From Candidatus Latescibacterota bacterium (GTDB taxonomy: Bacteria > Latescibacterota > UBA2968 > GCA-2709665), in NCBI GenBank assembly GCA_965116875.1, contig OZ220733.1, forward strand, positions 5,024,001-5,088,000: 64,000 nucleotides of DNA, given 5' to 3'. Below, piece after piece: positions 1 through 9,225 of this stretch (its first letter is position 1; each line of letters opens with the position of its first letter). Under the pieces are notes generated by a model. That model worked only from the letters and a program-made list of their open reading frames with translations. It searched no databases and was not told the DNA's origin. A program made the position numbers and the translations under genes.

Positions 1-174
1 GTCGTTGCGACGCTGATTGTCTCGCTCACCGGGAGCCAGTTGTTGACGGTCGTGGGGTTGTCTGGGGGCGTGATCTTCTTCTTCGGATGCTTTCTTGCAC
101 TTGGCGCCGCCCGGCAGGCGCTGCACGACCGGATTCTCCAGACCGCCGTGTTCCCGGCCGAAACCCGTGTCTGA
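1..174 (+). CDS. RDD-family membrane protein, C-terminal part (5'-truncated by window edge)
   Basis: Frame 1 is open from base 1 to TGA at 172-174. It encodes hydrophobic helices followed by RQALHDRILQTAV, matching the RDD 'R..LHD....T.V' motif. Confidence 0.7.
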   Translation, partial: VVATLIVSLTGSQLLTVVGLSGGVIFFFGCFLALGAARQALHDRILQTAVFPAETRV

Positions 175-228
175 ACGCGTTTTCGATCCCGTCGATTCTC
201 CCCCAAAGCGGTATCCCGGGAGGATTTT

Positions 229-1113
229 TTGGAAAGTTTGGAAACAGTCAGCGACCTGACGTCGGCCGGGGAAGACGTCGTTCCCCGGACACATACGCTC
301 GATACGCTTTACCGGGACCTGAAAACGCTTGGCGTGGAACAGGGCGATACGCTCTTTGTTCATTCGTCTTTCAAGAGCCTTGGAGAGGTCGAAGGAGGGG
401 CCCATACCGTCGTGAGCGCCCTCGAGAACGCGGCGGACCCCGGCGGCCTCATCCTGATGCCATCATTCAATCTCCTGGAGGACAACCGGTTGCGCGCCGA
501 GACGTGGAACCCGGATACAACCCCCTCCACCGTGGGCTGGCTCACGGAGTTCTTTCGCACGCTGCCCGGAACGTACCGCTCCGACCACTATTCCCATTCC
601 GTCGCCGCCCGCGGCAGAAACGCCGGGGCATTCGTTGGCGGCCACCGCGACCGAAACGGGCGATCTTCTCCGTGGGACCGCGACCCGTGGGGTAAGACCT
701 ACGGCGACAATTCACCGATGGTCCGCGCGTACGCGGCCGGCGGCAAAGTGCTCATGCTGGGGGTGACGTACGAAACCTCCACCTACATTCACCTTGTGGA
801 AGTCATCTGCTGGCACCGGCGCCGGGAAAACGAGCCGGATGCGGAATACATGTGGATCGACAGGACGAACCTCGGCGCTTTCTGGGAAGCAAACGGTCGC
901 ATCCGGCGGGGCCCGGTCGGGGACTCCGACTCCCGGCTGTTCCCCATCCGGACCTATGTGGATACGCTCGTCGAGGAAGCGGAATGCAGGCCCGAGGCGT
1001 ATTTCAAACAGGCCGTTGCCCGCCAGGCCACTCGCCAGCTGAATCACGGCAATCCAATTCCGGGACGAACACCGGACCGAACCCGCCGCAGGCAGGATCC
1101 TGAAGGAGGTTGA
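229..1113 (+). CDS. AAC(3)/YokD-family N-acetyltransferase
   Basis: Motifs LFVHSSFKSLG, LILMPSF, RSDHYSHSVAARG, KVLMLGV..TSTYIHLVE. Start codon uncertain. Confidence 0.85.
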   Translation: MESLETVSDLTSAGEDVVPRTHTLDTLYRDLKTLGVEQGDTLFVHSSFKSLGEVEGGAHTVVSALENAADPGGLILMPSFNLLEDNRLRAETWNPDTTPSTVGWLTEFFRTLPGTYRSDHYSHSVAARGRNAGAFVGGHRDRNGRSSPWDRDPWGKTYGDNSPMVRAYAAGGKVLMLGVTYETSTYIHLVEVICWHRRRENEPDAEYMWIDRTNLGAFWEANGRIRRGPVGDSDSRLFPIRTYVDTLVEEAECRPEAYFKQAVARQATRQLNHGNPIPGRTPDRTRRRQDPEGG

Positions 1114-1114
1114 T

Positions 1115-1360
1115 GTGACGTCGGCACAGGCTGCATCGCTGAGGAAGGCATTGGAAGCGCTGATGGACGCCATTGCAAAGAGGGAACCGATCGCGGACCA
1201 CCTGCACCATCTGGCCACGCTCCACCGGAATCTCGCTCCCTTCACGTCCCGGCAACTGGATCATTTCCTGCAGAACAGAAGTTATGCCAAGGCGCTGGAA
1301 TACATCCGCCAGGGTGTCGTCATCGAGGACCCGGATCGTCCCGACTGCGACGACAGATAA
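1115..1360 (+). CDS. small hypothetical protein (LDHFLQNRSYAKALEY motif)
   Basis: AAGGAGGT RBS upstream of a GTG start; abuts the previous stop codon. Confidence 0.7.
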   Translation: MTSAQAASLRKALEALMDAIAKREPIADHLHHLATLHRNLAPFTSRQLDHFLQNRSYAKALEYIRQGVVIEDPDRPDCDDR

Positions 1361-1483
1361 TCGCAACCATGCGCCTCGCGCGGATCCACCCATCCGGGAT
1401 CCCACACCGGTGAGGTCGCTTGACGGCCTGCGAGGATTCGCCGCGTCCTCACGATCCACATCACCCTACAGAAAGGCTCCACC

Positions 1484-2251
1484 ATGGTAAAGAGCATACG
1501 CCGGCGCGCGCTTGCGCGTGAAGTCGTGGCCGGGACCTTCTTGAACCTGGGGTCCGCCGTTACGGCCGAAATCGCCGGTAAGAGCGGTCTCGACTGGGTC
1601 CTCATCGACATCGAACACGGCGCATCGGACCTGGAGACGCTTCGAGTCCAGCTACAGGTCGTCTCCGGAACCCCCGCCGTGCCCATCGTCCGCATCGCGG
1701 CAAACGAACCCCCGCGGTTCAAACGCGTCCTGGACATGGGCGCTTCGGGCGTGATGGTACCCTACGTGAGTACGGTGGCCGAGGCCGAGCAGGCGGTGGC
1801 TTCAAGTCGCTATCCGCCGAGGGGTGTTCGAGGCGTTGCCAAGTTGAACAGGGGCAGCGAGTTCGGAAGGGATTTCGATGAATATTTCAGAAGGTCCCAC
1901 GAGCTGCTGACAACCGTCGTGCAGATTGAAACCCCGGAAGCCGTGAACGCCATTGACGAGATCGCCGCGGTGGACGGCGTGGACGTACTGTTCATCGGTC
2001 CCCTCGACCTGAGCGTGAACCTGGGGATTCCGCAGCAATTCGACCATCCCCGGTTTCTGGATGCGAGGACAAGGGTTTCCGAAGCTGCAGGGCGGGCCGG
2101 CAAGGCCGCCGGAATCCTTCTGCTGGACCCCGGCCACCTCGATGCCGCGGTGCGGGACGGATTCACCTTTATTGCGCTCGGATCGGACGGCGGCCTGGTC
2201 GCGGCGGGCATGCAGAACATCGCGGACGCATTCGATTCGCATACGGCGTAG
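1484..2251 (+). CDS. HpcH/HpaI (2-keto-3-deoxy-acid) aldolase family protein
   Basis: DWVLIDIEHG, KRVLDMGASGVMVP, SRYPPRGVRG, VVQIETPEA, LFIGPLDLS. Confidence 0.93.
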   Translation: MVKSIRRRALAREVVAGTFLNLGSAVTAEIAGKSGLDWVLIDIEHGASDLETLRVQLQVVSGTPAVPIVRIAANEPPRFKRVLDMGASGVMVPYVSTVAEAEQAVASSRYPPRGVRGVAKLNRGSEFGRDFDEYFRRSHELLTTVVQIETPEAVNAIDEIAAVDGVDVLFIGPLDLSVNLGIPQQFDHPRFLDARTRVSEAAGRAGKAAGILLLDPGHLDAAVRDGFTFIALGSDGGLVAAGMQNIADAFDSHTA

Positions 2252-2299
2252 CCGGCGCACGAATGCGCATCGGTCCGGTACTCGCGGAGAACGTCAATC

Positions 2300-3250
2300 A
2301 TGGACCATAGCGAAACAATCCGGAGGTCGGCGGACGCGCAAGGGGTCTACGTCTTTGTGATGACGCCGATGACAACCGCCGTGAACCGGAAGGGCGTATA
2401 CCGGATCGATGCAGCGGGCCTGGAGAAAAACGCCCGTTATTTCGCGGGTGTCGAGGGCCGGAAGACCCTGGTGATCTGCGGCGGATCGGGGGAATTCTAC
2501 GACCTGTCGCCATCCGAAGTCAAGGAACTCGCTGCCGCGGCGGTTTCCGGAGCCCGGGGGTCGTGCGGGATCGTATGCGGGATCGGTTGGAGTACGGGAA
2601 CAGCCGTGAAGATGGCGGAAAACGCACAGGACGCAGGCTGCGACGCCCTGCTTGTGATGCCTCACGACCCGGTCGTCGCCCGCGGCGAAGAGGCGATCTG
2701 GAGGCGCCACCAGGCCATCGGGAAAGCGGTGGATATCGGCGTCATCCCGTTCCGGGCGCCGCGGCAACTCCTCTCCATCAACCTCGTGAAGCGCTTTTCG
2801 GGTCTCAAGAAGGTCGTCGCCATCAAGGAGGAGAGCAACGCCGTCGACTGGGTGCGCACCGGCTGCAGGGCCGTGGGTCACCGCGTTCCCATTATCACGG
2901 GAGGCGGCGAGAACATGGCGCCCTATTATTATCTCGCGGGCGCCAGCGGATTCACGACGGGAATGGCCAATCTTACCCTGTCGAAGTCCATCGAGATGCA
3001 CAATGCCGGAATGCGGCGACGCTGGAAGACGGCGATGGACCTCAGGGACTGGTTCGAGCCCCTGACGTCCCTGAGAGGCGAACTCGGCACGCCCATGCTC
3101 AAGGCCGGCCTGGAGATGATGGGTCTGGCGGGAGGCCCCGTACGGGGCGCGGCACAGGCGCAACCGGCCGCGGCTCGCTCCGTCGACGTACTCGCGGCGA
3201 AGGACCGAGCCAGGCTCCGGCGTCTGCTCAAGAAAAAGGAGGTGCTGTGA
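2300..3250 (+). CDS. dihydrodipicolinate synthase (DapA/KDG dehydratase-like) family protein
   Basis: CGGSGEFYDLS, AQDAGCDALLVMP, Schiff-base Lys in VVAIKEE. Confidence 0.88.
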   Translation: MDHSETIRRSADAQGVYVFVMTPMTTAVNRKGVYRIDAAGLEKNARYFAGVEGRKTLVICGGSGEFYDLSPSEVKELAAAAVSGARGSCGIVCGIGWSTGTAVKMAENAQDAGCDALLVMPHDPVVARGEEAIWRRHQAIGKAVDIGVIPFRAPRQLLSINLVKRFSGLKKVVAIKEESNAVDWVRTGCRAVGHRVPIITGGGENMAPYYYLAGASGFTTGMANLTLSKSIEMHNAGMRRRWKTAMDLRDWFEPLTSLRGELGTPMLKAGLEMMGLAGGPVRGAAQAQPAAARSVDVLAAKDRARLRRLLKKKEVL

Positions 3251-3329
3251 GCAGCGCCCCCTGTCTGACTCCCTCACGCCGGTGAGGGTTGAATATCCCG
3301 CACTTGTCGCGTCCGTCCACGGCCGGCCG

Positions 3330-4601
3330 TCACCCGGATCGAGGTCCGGACGTCGCCAGATTGCCCTCCCCGTCGAAATTCATCTCCGCCGGTTCGCCCG
3401 ATACCTCCACTTCCGGCATCCCGGAGATCTCCGGGAGCAGCGACTCTGACGCCTTGAGGTGTTCCAGTTCCAGCGTCGAGCGTATCCGCATCACTCTCGC
3501 ATCCGGGTTGCCGCCGTTGCCGGACGAGCCAAGTGCGATCTCAATCGCCTCCCTGTCGTTTTCGCCCACGATGGGTATGTACGCGCGATTCAGGAACGTG
3601 CTGGTCATCGCGTTGGCATAGGTCGCCTTGAAGTCGATATTGTCCACGAGACGGCGGGTGGTCACGTCGGCCAGGCCGATCCCGTTGGCGTTGCCGTGGG
3701 TCTCGGGTGTCAGGTCCCGCACAACGATGCGTTCGATACGCGGTGATTCCGGCTCCTCGATCCCCTCCAGCCATATCCGTCCGATGATGTTTGGATCCAT
3801 TCCCGTACCGCTGATATTCTTGCCGATCCGGTCCACGATCAGGACGTCGATCCGATCGACGGGTATCCGGGGCATCAGCTCCCGGGCCTCATCCAGCAAT
3901 CCCGGCTCGACCGCCGCCAGCTCGTCCGGCTCCACGGCAACCACTTTTGCCGTCTGCTCGCAGGCGTTTTCGAGAATTGCCACGCCGAGCGCGATGGGGG
4001 CCTCCTGAAGGATGATCCGGCCCCAGGCCGGTATGATCCGCGGCAATCCCGCCGCACCCATCGAATGCGCCAGCGTGGCCCCGTGGTGCGATCCCAGCCC
4101 GATCGTCATCATCTTCATCAGCCCGCTCTCGAACGGCCCGCGGAACGACGTGTGGGGCTTGACCCGGTTCACCAGCACCACCGCGTCGGCCTCTCCTGCC
4201 AATCGGTTCAGCACAACCGGGATACCATCATCCGTTTCCCCGACCTGTACCACGTCCATCGTGGCATCGACCGGCGCTCCCATCGTGGACTCGTCGATGC
4301 CGTACGAGGCCAGAATCGCTTTCTGTCCGTTGGCCGTGGCCCCGCCGTGACTGCCCATCGACGCCAGAACGAAGGGAACGCCACCCAGCTCACGGACGCA
4401 ATCCACGACCGCCCGCGTCATCTGTGCGATCCGGTGAATGCCCCTGCTGCCGGCCGTAATCGCCACCCGTGCGCCGCCGGAGACGCGGGCGCCCAGCGAT
4501 GAGTCCAGGACGCACCGCCGCGTCTGTTCGACGGGGTCGTCCAGACTCTCCGCGTCAAAGGCCTGGCGCAGCGGAAACATCCGGGGAAGATCCATCTCCA
4601 T
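3330..4601 (-). CDS. LarA N-terminal (DUF2088/lactate racemase-like) domain protein
   Basis: VAITAGSRGI, MGSHGGATANGQ, NRVKPHTSF..ESGLMKM, GKNISGTGMDPN. Confidence 0.85.
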   Translation of the reverse strand: MEMDLPRMFPLRQAFDAESLDDPVEQTRRCVLDSSLGARVSGGARVAITAGSRGIHRIAQMTRAVVDCVRELGGVPFVLASMGSHGGATANGQKAILASYGIDESTMGAPVDATMDVVQVGETDDGIPVVLNRLAGEADAVVLVNRVKPHTSFRGPFESGLMKMMTIGLGSHHGATLAHSMGAAGLPRIIPAWGRIILQEAPIALGVAILENACEQTAKVVAVEPDELAAVEPGLLDEARELMPRIPVDRIDVLIVDRIGKNISGTGMDPNIIGRIWLEGIEEPESPRIERIVVRDLTPETHGNANGIGLADVTTRRLVDNIDFKATYANAMTSTFLNRAYIPIVGENDREAIEIALGSSGNGGNPDARVMRIRSTLELEHLKASESLLPEISGMPEVEVSGEPAEMNFDGEGNLATSGPRSG

Positions 4602-4624
4602 CCTTTTTCGTCAGGTCGTGCTAA

Positions 4625-4810
4625 GAAGCTGTTTTAAAATTACCGGTGAGTTCCCGAGCGCGAGCGAAAAAGTGGCGGTCAAGGCGGGAAAATCCGGCTA
4701 TGAGAGGCGAGCAAGCGCAGCCTCGATCTCGTAAGACGGGTGGATTTGACCAACGCCGACCGGCGCTTTTGCAGCCGTGCGAAGACCACTGGGAATTTTA
4801 AGACAGCTTC
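4625..4810. mobile_element. MITE family A, copy 1 (186 bp)
   Basis: TIRs GAAGCTGTTTTAAAATT / AATTTTAAGACAGCTTC, flanked by TAA on both sides. Homologous copy at 50618-50780. No ORF. Confidence 0.8.
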
Positions 4811-5658
4811 TAAGATAAACGGAACACCGATTCCGCGTTTCCGGCCGTGATGCGTTCAAAGGCGTCCCTTGAAAGATCGGCGCTCCGGATAAAGTCCAGC
4901 ATGGGCGGGATGCCAACGATGGAACACGCCGGCGACGGCCGCGTGTGGATCGTGTCCGTGGCGAACATCAACCGATGTTTCCATCGCTTCACGAAGTTCA
5001 GCCCGAATGCCGGGTCCCGGGTGACGGCGTTGTAACCCGATTGCGCCGAGAGGTCGGCATACAGATTCGAATATCTCCGGAACAACGTATCCAGACGTCC
5101 GCCGGGCGCCACAGGTCCTTCCGGATAGCGCTCGCCCTGTCCGACCTCCCCCGAGATTTCCCGCCAGAAGTATTGCGCGTGGCCCACCCACTTTACGTTC
5201 CGGTAGGTCTTCACCATCCGCTCGAAACCCGGCAGTCCGGTATCGTCCCTGTTAATCCAGTGGTCGATATGCATGACGATTGCCAGTCCCAGCCGGTCGC
5301 ACGCCTCGTAAACGCGCTGCTGCATCGGATCGTCCACCGGCAGGCCGCAAAGGTTCTCGCCGTATCCCACGCATCCCTGGTCCATATAGTGCTCGAGGAT
5401 CGGGTACGGCTGGAACCGGCCGGGGTATCGATGCCTTGGATCCACGGCGCAAAGCGGCAGCAGCCGGTCCCGGTGAGGCCGGGTGAGCCTCAGCAACTCT
5501 TTCGTCGTCATGTAGAAGTCGAGTTCCTCGGGCACCTCCACGGCCATGACGATGCCCTTTTCAATCCCATGCCGGTCCATCCAGCGCAACAGCCTGGCAG
5601 GAGTGAGGCCCGGGTCTTCCAGCACGAGCTGTCCCAGATGCAGGTGTGTATCGATCAT
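4810..5658 (-). CDS. amidohydrolase_2 family metal-dependent hydrolase (paralog 1)
   Basis: MIDTHLH metal motif, NLYADLSA, RLMFATD. Start placed at MIDTH by comparison with the paralog. Confidence 0.88.
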   Translation of the reverse strand: MIDTHLHLGQLVLEDPGLTPARLLRWMDRHGIEKGIVMAVEVPEELDFYMTTKELLRLTRPHRDRLLPLCAVDPRHRYPGRFQPYPILEHYMDQGCVGYGENLCGLPVDDPMQQRVYEACDRLGLAIVMHIDHWINRDDTGLPGFERMVKTYRNVKWVGHAQYFWREISGEVGQGERYPEGPVAPGGRLDTLFRRYSNLYADLSAQSGYNAVTRDPAFGLNFVKRWKHRLMFATDTIHTRPSPACSIVGIPPMLDFIRSADLSRDAFERITAGNAESVFRLS

Positions 5659-5723
5659 TGGCCAACCCCTTGGGTGTACGGGCAAGTTTCCCCAGGAGCC
5701 GTTTCATTGCTCCCGGCGGCCCG

Positions 5724-6545
5724 TCAGATCCGGAAGACCTTCTCTGCATTCTTCCGCGTGATGCGATCGAACGCGTCCTTCGACAGCGGCGCATCCTTAA
5801 TATAATCGACAATCGGCGTTTCCTGCCCCACCCGCAGGTAGTCGGTGGCGAACATCAGCCGGTGTTTCCAGCGTTTCAGGAACTTCAGACCGAATTCCGG
5901 ATCCCGTGTGATGGCCCCGTACCCGGAGCCCGCGGAAAGGTCCGCGTAGAGATTGGGGTACTTTCGAAACAGCGCTTCGACCCTGCCTCCAGGCGCCACT
6001 CTTCCTTTGGGATATCCCGCCGAGGCGTCCACGTCGCCGGAAATCTCACGCCAGAAGTGTGGAGAATGCCCGATGAATTTCACGTTCCGGTAGGTCTTCA
6101 GCATGCGTTCAAACCCGGTGAGCCCCGGCTTGTCACGGTTGATCCATGCATCGAAGTGCATCACGATGGCGATATTCAACCGGTCGCACGCTTCGTACAC
6201 GCGTTCTTGCATCGGATCGTCCACAGGCAGACCGCACAGGTTCTCCCCGTATCCCACACAACCCTGATCCATGTAACTCGCGATGATCGGGTACGGCTGG
6301 AACCGGCCGGGATACCGATGACGGGGATCCACGGCGCAAAGAGGCTTCAGCCGGTCGCGATGCGGGCGCGTCATTCTGAGCAGTTCCTTCGTGGTCACGA
6401 AGAAGTCCAGCTCCTCGGGCACCTCCACCGCCATCACCACCGCCTTTTCGATTTCCTGCCGGTCCATCCACCGAAGGAGTTTGGCCGGCGTCAATCCCGG
6501 ATTGTCGAACAGGAGCTGTCCCAGATGAACGTGTGTGTCGATCAT
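5724..6545 (-). CDS. amidohydrolase_2 family metal-dependent hydrolase (paralog 2)
   Basis: MIDTHVH, NLYADLSAGSG, RLMFATDY. GGAG RBS before ATG at 6545. Confidence 0.88.
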   Translation of the reverse strand: MIDTHVHLGQLLFDNPGLTPAKLLRWMDRQEIEKAVVMAVEVPEELDFFVTTKELLRMTRPHRDRLKPLCAVDPRHRYPGRFQPYPIIASYMDQGCVGYGENLCGLPVDDPMQERVYEACDRLNIAIVMHFDAWINRDKPGLTGFERMLKTYRNVKFIGHSPHFWREISGDVDASAGYPKGRVAPGGRVEALFRKYPNLYADLSAGSGYGAITRDPEFGLKFLKRWKHRLMFATDYLRVGQETPIVDYIKDAPLSKDAFDRITRKNAEKVFRI

Positions 6546-6615
6546 TGTCTTCACTCCACCCTTTTGAGTTCCGCTTCCTCTGCGTCCCGTTGAAAAGCCC
6601 ATCCCGGCCGCCGGT

Positions 6616-7764
6616 CTACCCGCGTTTCGAGCCCTTCCTGAGTGTATCCATGATCAAAAGCGAAATCGACTGCACGGTCTCGTCCAGATCCGCATTCTCG
6701 AACGACGGCACGCCGGCAATGTCGCCAACGTCCAGAATATGCTGCTGGATTTTCATGATCTGTTTCAGGGACCGGACGTACCGGTGCCGCGTACGGCCGG
6801 CGGCGCTCTTTCCCCGGCTTTCAAACCGGTCCGTAAATTGCTGTAGATCAGTAAGATACAGATTCAAATGGATAAAAATCGCCTTTCCGGAAAACCCTTC
6901 CAGTTCGAGGAGATCGGGCATCAGATGAACGCCGTCCACGATCAGGCTCACGTTTTCGTCGATCGCCCGTGCGATGGTCGCCCGCACGCCCACGGATACG
7001 CGGGCGGCCTGTTCGCGAAAGCCGTAGATGACGGGATCGGGCGCCTCGCCGGCCGGCACAGGGATCGCTTCCCACGCCGCGTATGACGAGACCTGCAATT
7101 CGGGCATGAGATCGGACGAAATCATCAGCCGCATCACCTGCCGGATTTCGTCGGTAGACGCGACCCTCGACACCCGCAGCAGATTGGCGAGCGCAACGCC
7201 TACCGTGGTTTTGCCAACGCCCGTACCCCCGCCGATCAGCACGATCAGCGGCGTTGTCTGCCCGCCCTTTCGAAACCGGTTCCAGATGCCGTACCGCTCC
7301 GCGAACGCGTCGCCCGAATCGTTGCTGAGCATGTTCAGCGTGGCTTTCAGGATGTCGTCGCGGTTAACCACCGTCCTGTTGCTCTGGATGAAATCGCCCT
7401 CGATCCGTTCGGCGATCCGGTAGGCCTGGCTTTCGTCAACGCCGGTAATGGCCAGCGAGTCGGAGAGATGGTCCTTCGAAAAGGGCCGGGTGCCCAGGTC
7501 GTCTTCGACCAGGATTTGCCTGGACCTCGGCGCCCAGAAAACACCGTCTCCCACCGGACGGTCGGCGAAGAGCTCGCGCGCATGGGTATGGACCAGGTCA
7601 ATCATCCTGCCCGCGGGCACCTTCTTCTGCTTCTGAATGGAACTCCGGACCCGGTCCGCGACCTGGTATGCCTCCCGGAAGGAGAATCCCTGTTCCAGCA
7701 GGTAGTGGGTCAGCATTCCTCGAAGGAACGGAATGCGCCTCCCGCTATCCACGATGATGGCCAA
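6616..7764 (-). CDS. 2-phosphoglycerate kinase-like P-loop kinase with two ATP-cone-like N-terminal modules
   Basis: LIGGGTGVGKTT Walker A, STDEIRQVMR, SLIVDGVHL. Repeated PF.RG.L...L...G..F..AY..A..V modules. Confidence 0.8.
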   Translation of the reverse strand: MAIIVDSGRRIPFLRGMLTHYLLEQGFSFREAYQVADRVRSSIQKQKKVPAGRMIDLVHTHARELFADRPVGDGVFWAPRSRQILVEDDLGTRPFSKDHLSDSLAITGVDESQAYRIAERIEGDFIQSNRTVVNRDDILKATLNMLSNDSGDAFAERYGIWNRFRKGGQTTPLIVLIGGGTGVGKTTVGVALANLLRVSRVASTDEIRQVMRLMISSDLMPELQVSSYAAWEAIPVPAGEAPDPVIYGFREQAARVSVGVRATIARAIDENVSLIVDGVHLMPDLLELEGFSGKAIFIHLNLYLTDLQQFTDRFESRGKSAAGRTRHRYVRSLKQIMKIQQHILDVGDIAGVPSFENADLDETVQSISLLIMDTLRKGSKRG

Positions 7765-7807
7765 CTCAGCCTCCTGAGACGCCGTGGTATATCACGATGA
7801 AAGCCGG

Positions 7808-7832
7808 TTACGGGGCGATTGGCGCCCCGTAA
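7808..7832. terminator. GC-rich hairpin, possible terminator
   Basis: TTACGGGGCG-ATTGG-CGCCCCGTAA downstream of the M24 peptidase gene. Confidence 0.45.
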
Positions 7833-7937
7833 GAATTAGGCCGGTCGGCAGACGGAAGTCAACCGAAATTGTACGCGACCGCCGTTGAGACGCCTCGCCG
7901 CTGAACCGCCGTCGGACCGTTCCATTGCCCGGCAATT

Positions 7938-9077
7938 TCACCCCTTGAAAGGCAAGAGATCCAGAGGATAATCAGAAAGGGTTTCCACGCCGGCGGGCGT
8001 GATCACGAACGTATTCTCCAGACGGATTCCCGCGCGCAGGACGTCACTGTAGGCGCCCGGCTCACAGGAAAACACGTCGCCAACTTCAAATTCCGCGTCC
8101 CGGTCGCGGTTGATGTCGGGCGCCTCGTGCGCGCGCAGCCCCACGCCGTGGCCTCCGTGGTGGATCAGCCCGGAGTCGGCCAGGTGCGGGTGCTCGCGAA
8201 TGCGCGCGTCGATCGTCTTCCACAGCCCGGTTGCGCTTTCCCCCGGCCTCACCAGGTCCGGAACGTCGCGCAGAATGGCGGCAAGGTGCTCGTAGACGGA
8301 CGACTGCAGGTCCGTGGGCTGCCCCCCAACCGCGAACGTGCGCGCCAGGTCCGACCAGTATCCGCGATAGGTGGACTGGGCGTCTATGATGTAGAGTTCC
8401 CCCGCTTCGATCCTTCGATCCCTCGCGGTACCGCCAATAACGCCGGCGCGATAGTCCCCCCCGTGATAGACCACCTCCCCCGCCGCCTTCATGGCCGCCT
8501 GCTGCGCCTCCGCCAGCACATCGAGTTCGTTCACACCCGGTTCGATGACTTCCCGGGCGCGCGTATATGCCGCCAGATCGACTTCGACGCTTTTTCGCAG
8601 CAGGGCCAGTTCGTCGGCGTCCTTCCTCTTGTGCAGGCCGGCCAACAGTTCATCGACTGCTGCCCAGGCATCCGGAGACAGCCTGGCGTCCACCGTTTCC
8701 GCAAGCAACCGATCCAGTCCCTCCTGCTGCCATCCGACGCGGGAGACCGGTTTCGCGCCGCTCAGTTTTAACGACACCGCTTTTTCGAGCTGACGGACGG
8801 GATCGGGATTCATCGTACTCATTTTGTGCCATTCGTAGATGATCCGGTCGTCCACCAGCGCGTCGCCCTCCCCGCTATGGGCCGCCAGCCAGGAACCGCC
8901 ATCCGTCTCGAAATACAGGAAAGCCGGGAAATGAAACGCGGGGAATCCGCACAACAGCACGCCGGTCAGATAGTATATCTCGAGATGGTCCGTCAAAACG
9001 ACGGCGTCTATGCCTTCCTCATTCAGTTGTTCGCGCAGCCTGTTCTGCCGGTCCCTGCAGCCTTCCAGTGTCAACAT
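7938..9077 (-). CDS. Xaa-Pro peptidase (M24 family)
   Basis: IIDAQSTYRGYWSDLARTF, HHGGHGVGLRAHEAP, CEPGAY..GIRLEN. Start at ATG 9077, since the longer ORF overlaps the divergent gene. Confidence 0.92.
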   Translation of the reverse strand: MLTLEGCRDRQNRLREQLNEEGIDAVVLTDHLEIYYLTGVLLCGFPAFHFPAFLYFETDGGSWLAAHSGEGDALVDDRIIYEWHKMSTMNPDPVRQLEKAVSLKLSGAKPVSRVGWQQEGLDRLLAETVDARLSPDAWAAVDELLAGLHKRKDADELALLRKSVEVDLAAYTRAREVIEPGVNELDVLAEAQQAAMKAAGEVVYHGGDYRAGVIGGTARDRRIEAGELYIIDAQSTYRGYWSDLARTFAVGGQPTDLQSSVYEHLAAILRDVPDLVRPGESATGLWKTIDARIREHPHLADSGLIHHGGHGVGLRAHEAPDINRDRDAEFEVGDVFSCEPGAYSDVLRAGIRLENTFVITPAGVETLSDYPLDLLPFKG

Positions 9078-9225
9078 GAACGGGGCTCCCTTCGTTTTCA
9101 GCCGGGTTGTTTTGCTGTTCAGAAACCGGTTTCTTTCGTATGATAACAGGGCCCGAGGCGGCCGGTCAAGTGAATTGGCCGCCGGAGATTCAAGTGTGTT
9201 TTCAACGAAGACTGAAAGGAACGCT

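Noticed and set aside
229-1113. Acquired aminoglycoside resistance gene
   Set aside because: Host-like GC, no mobile context, and the family includes many non-resistance members.
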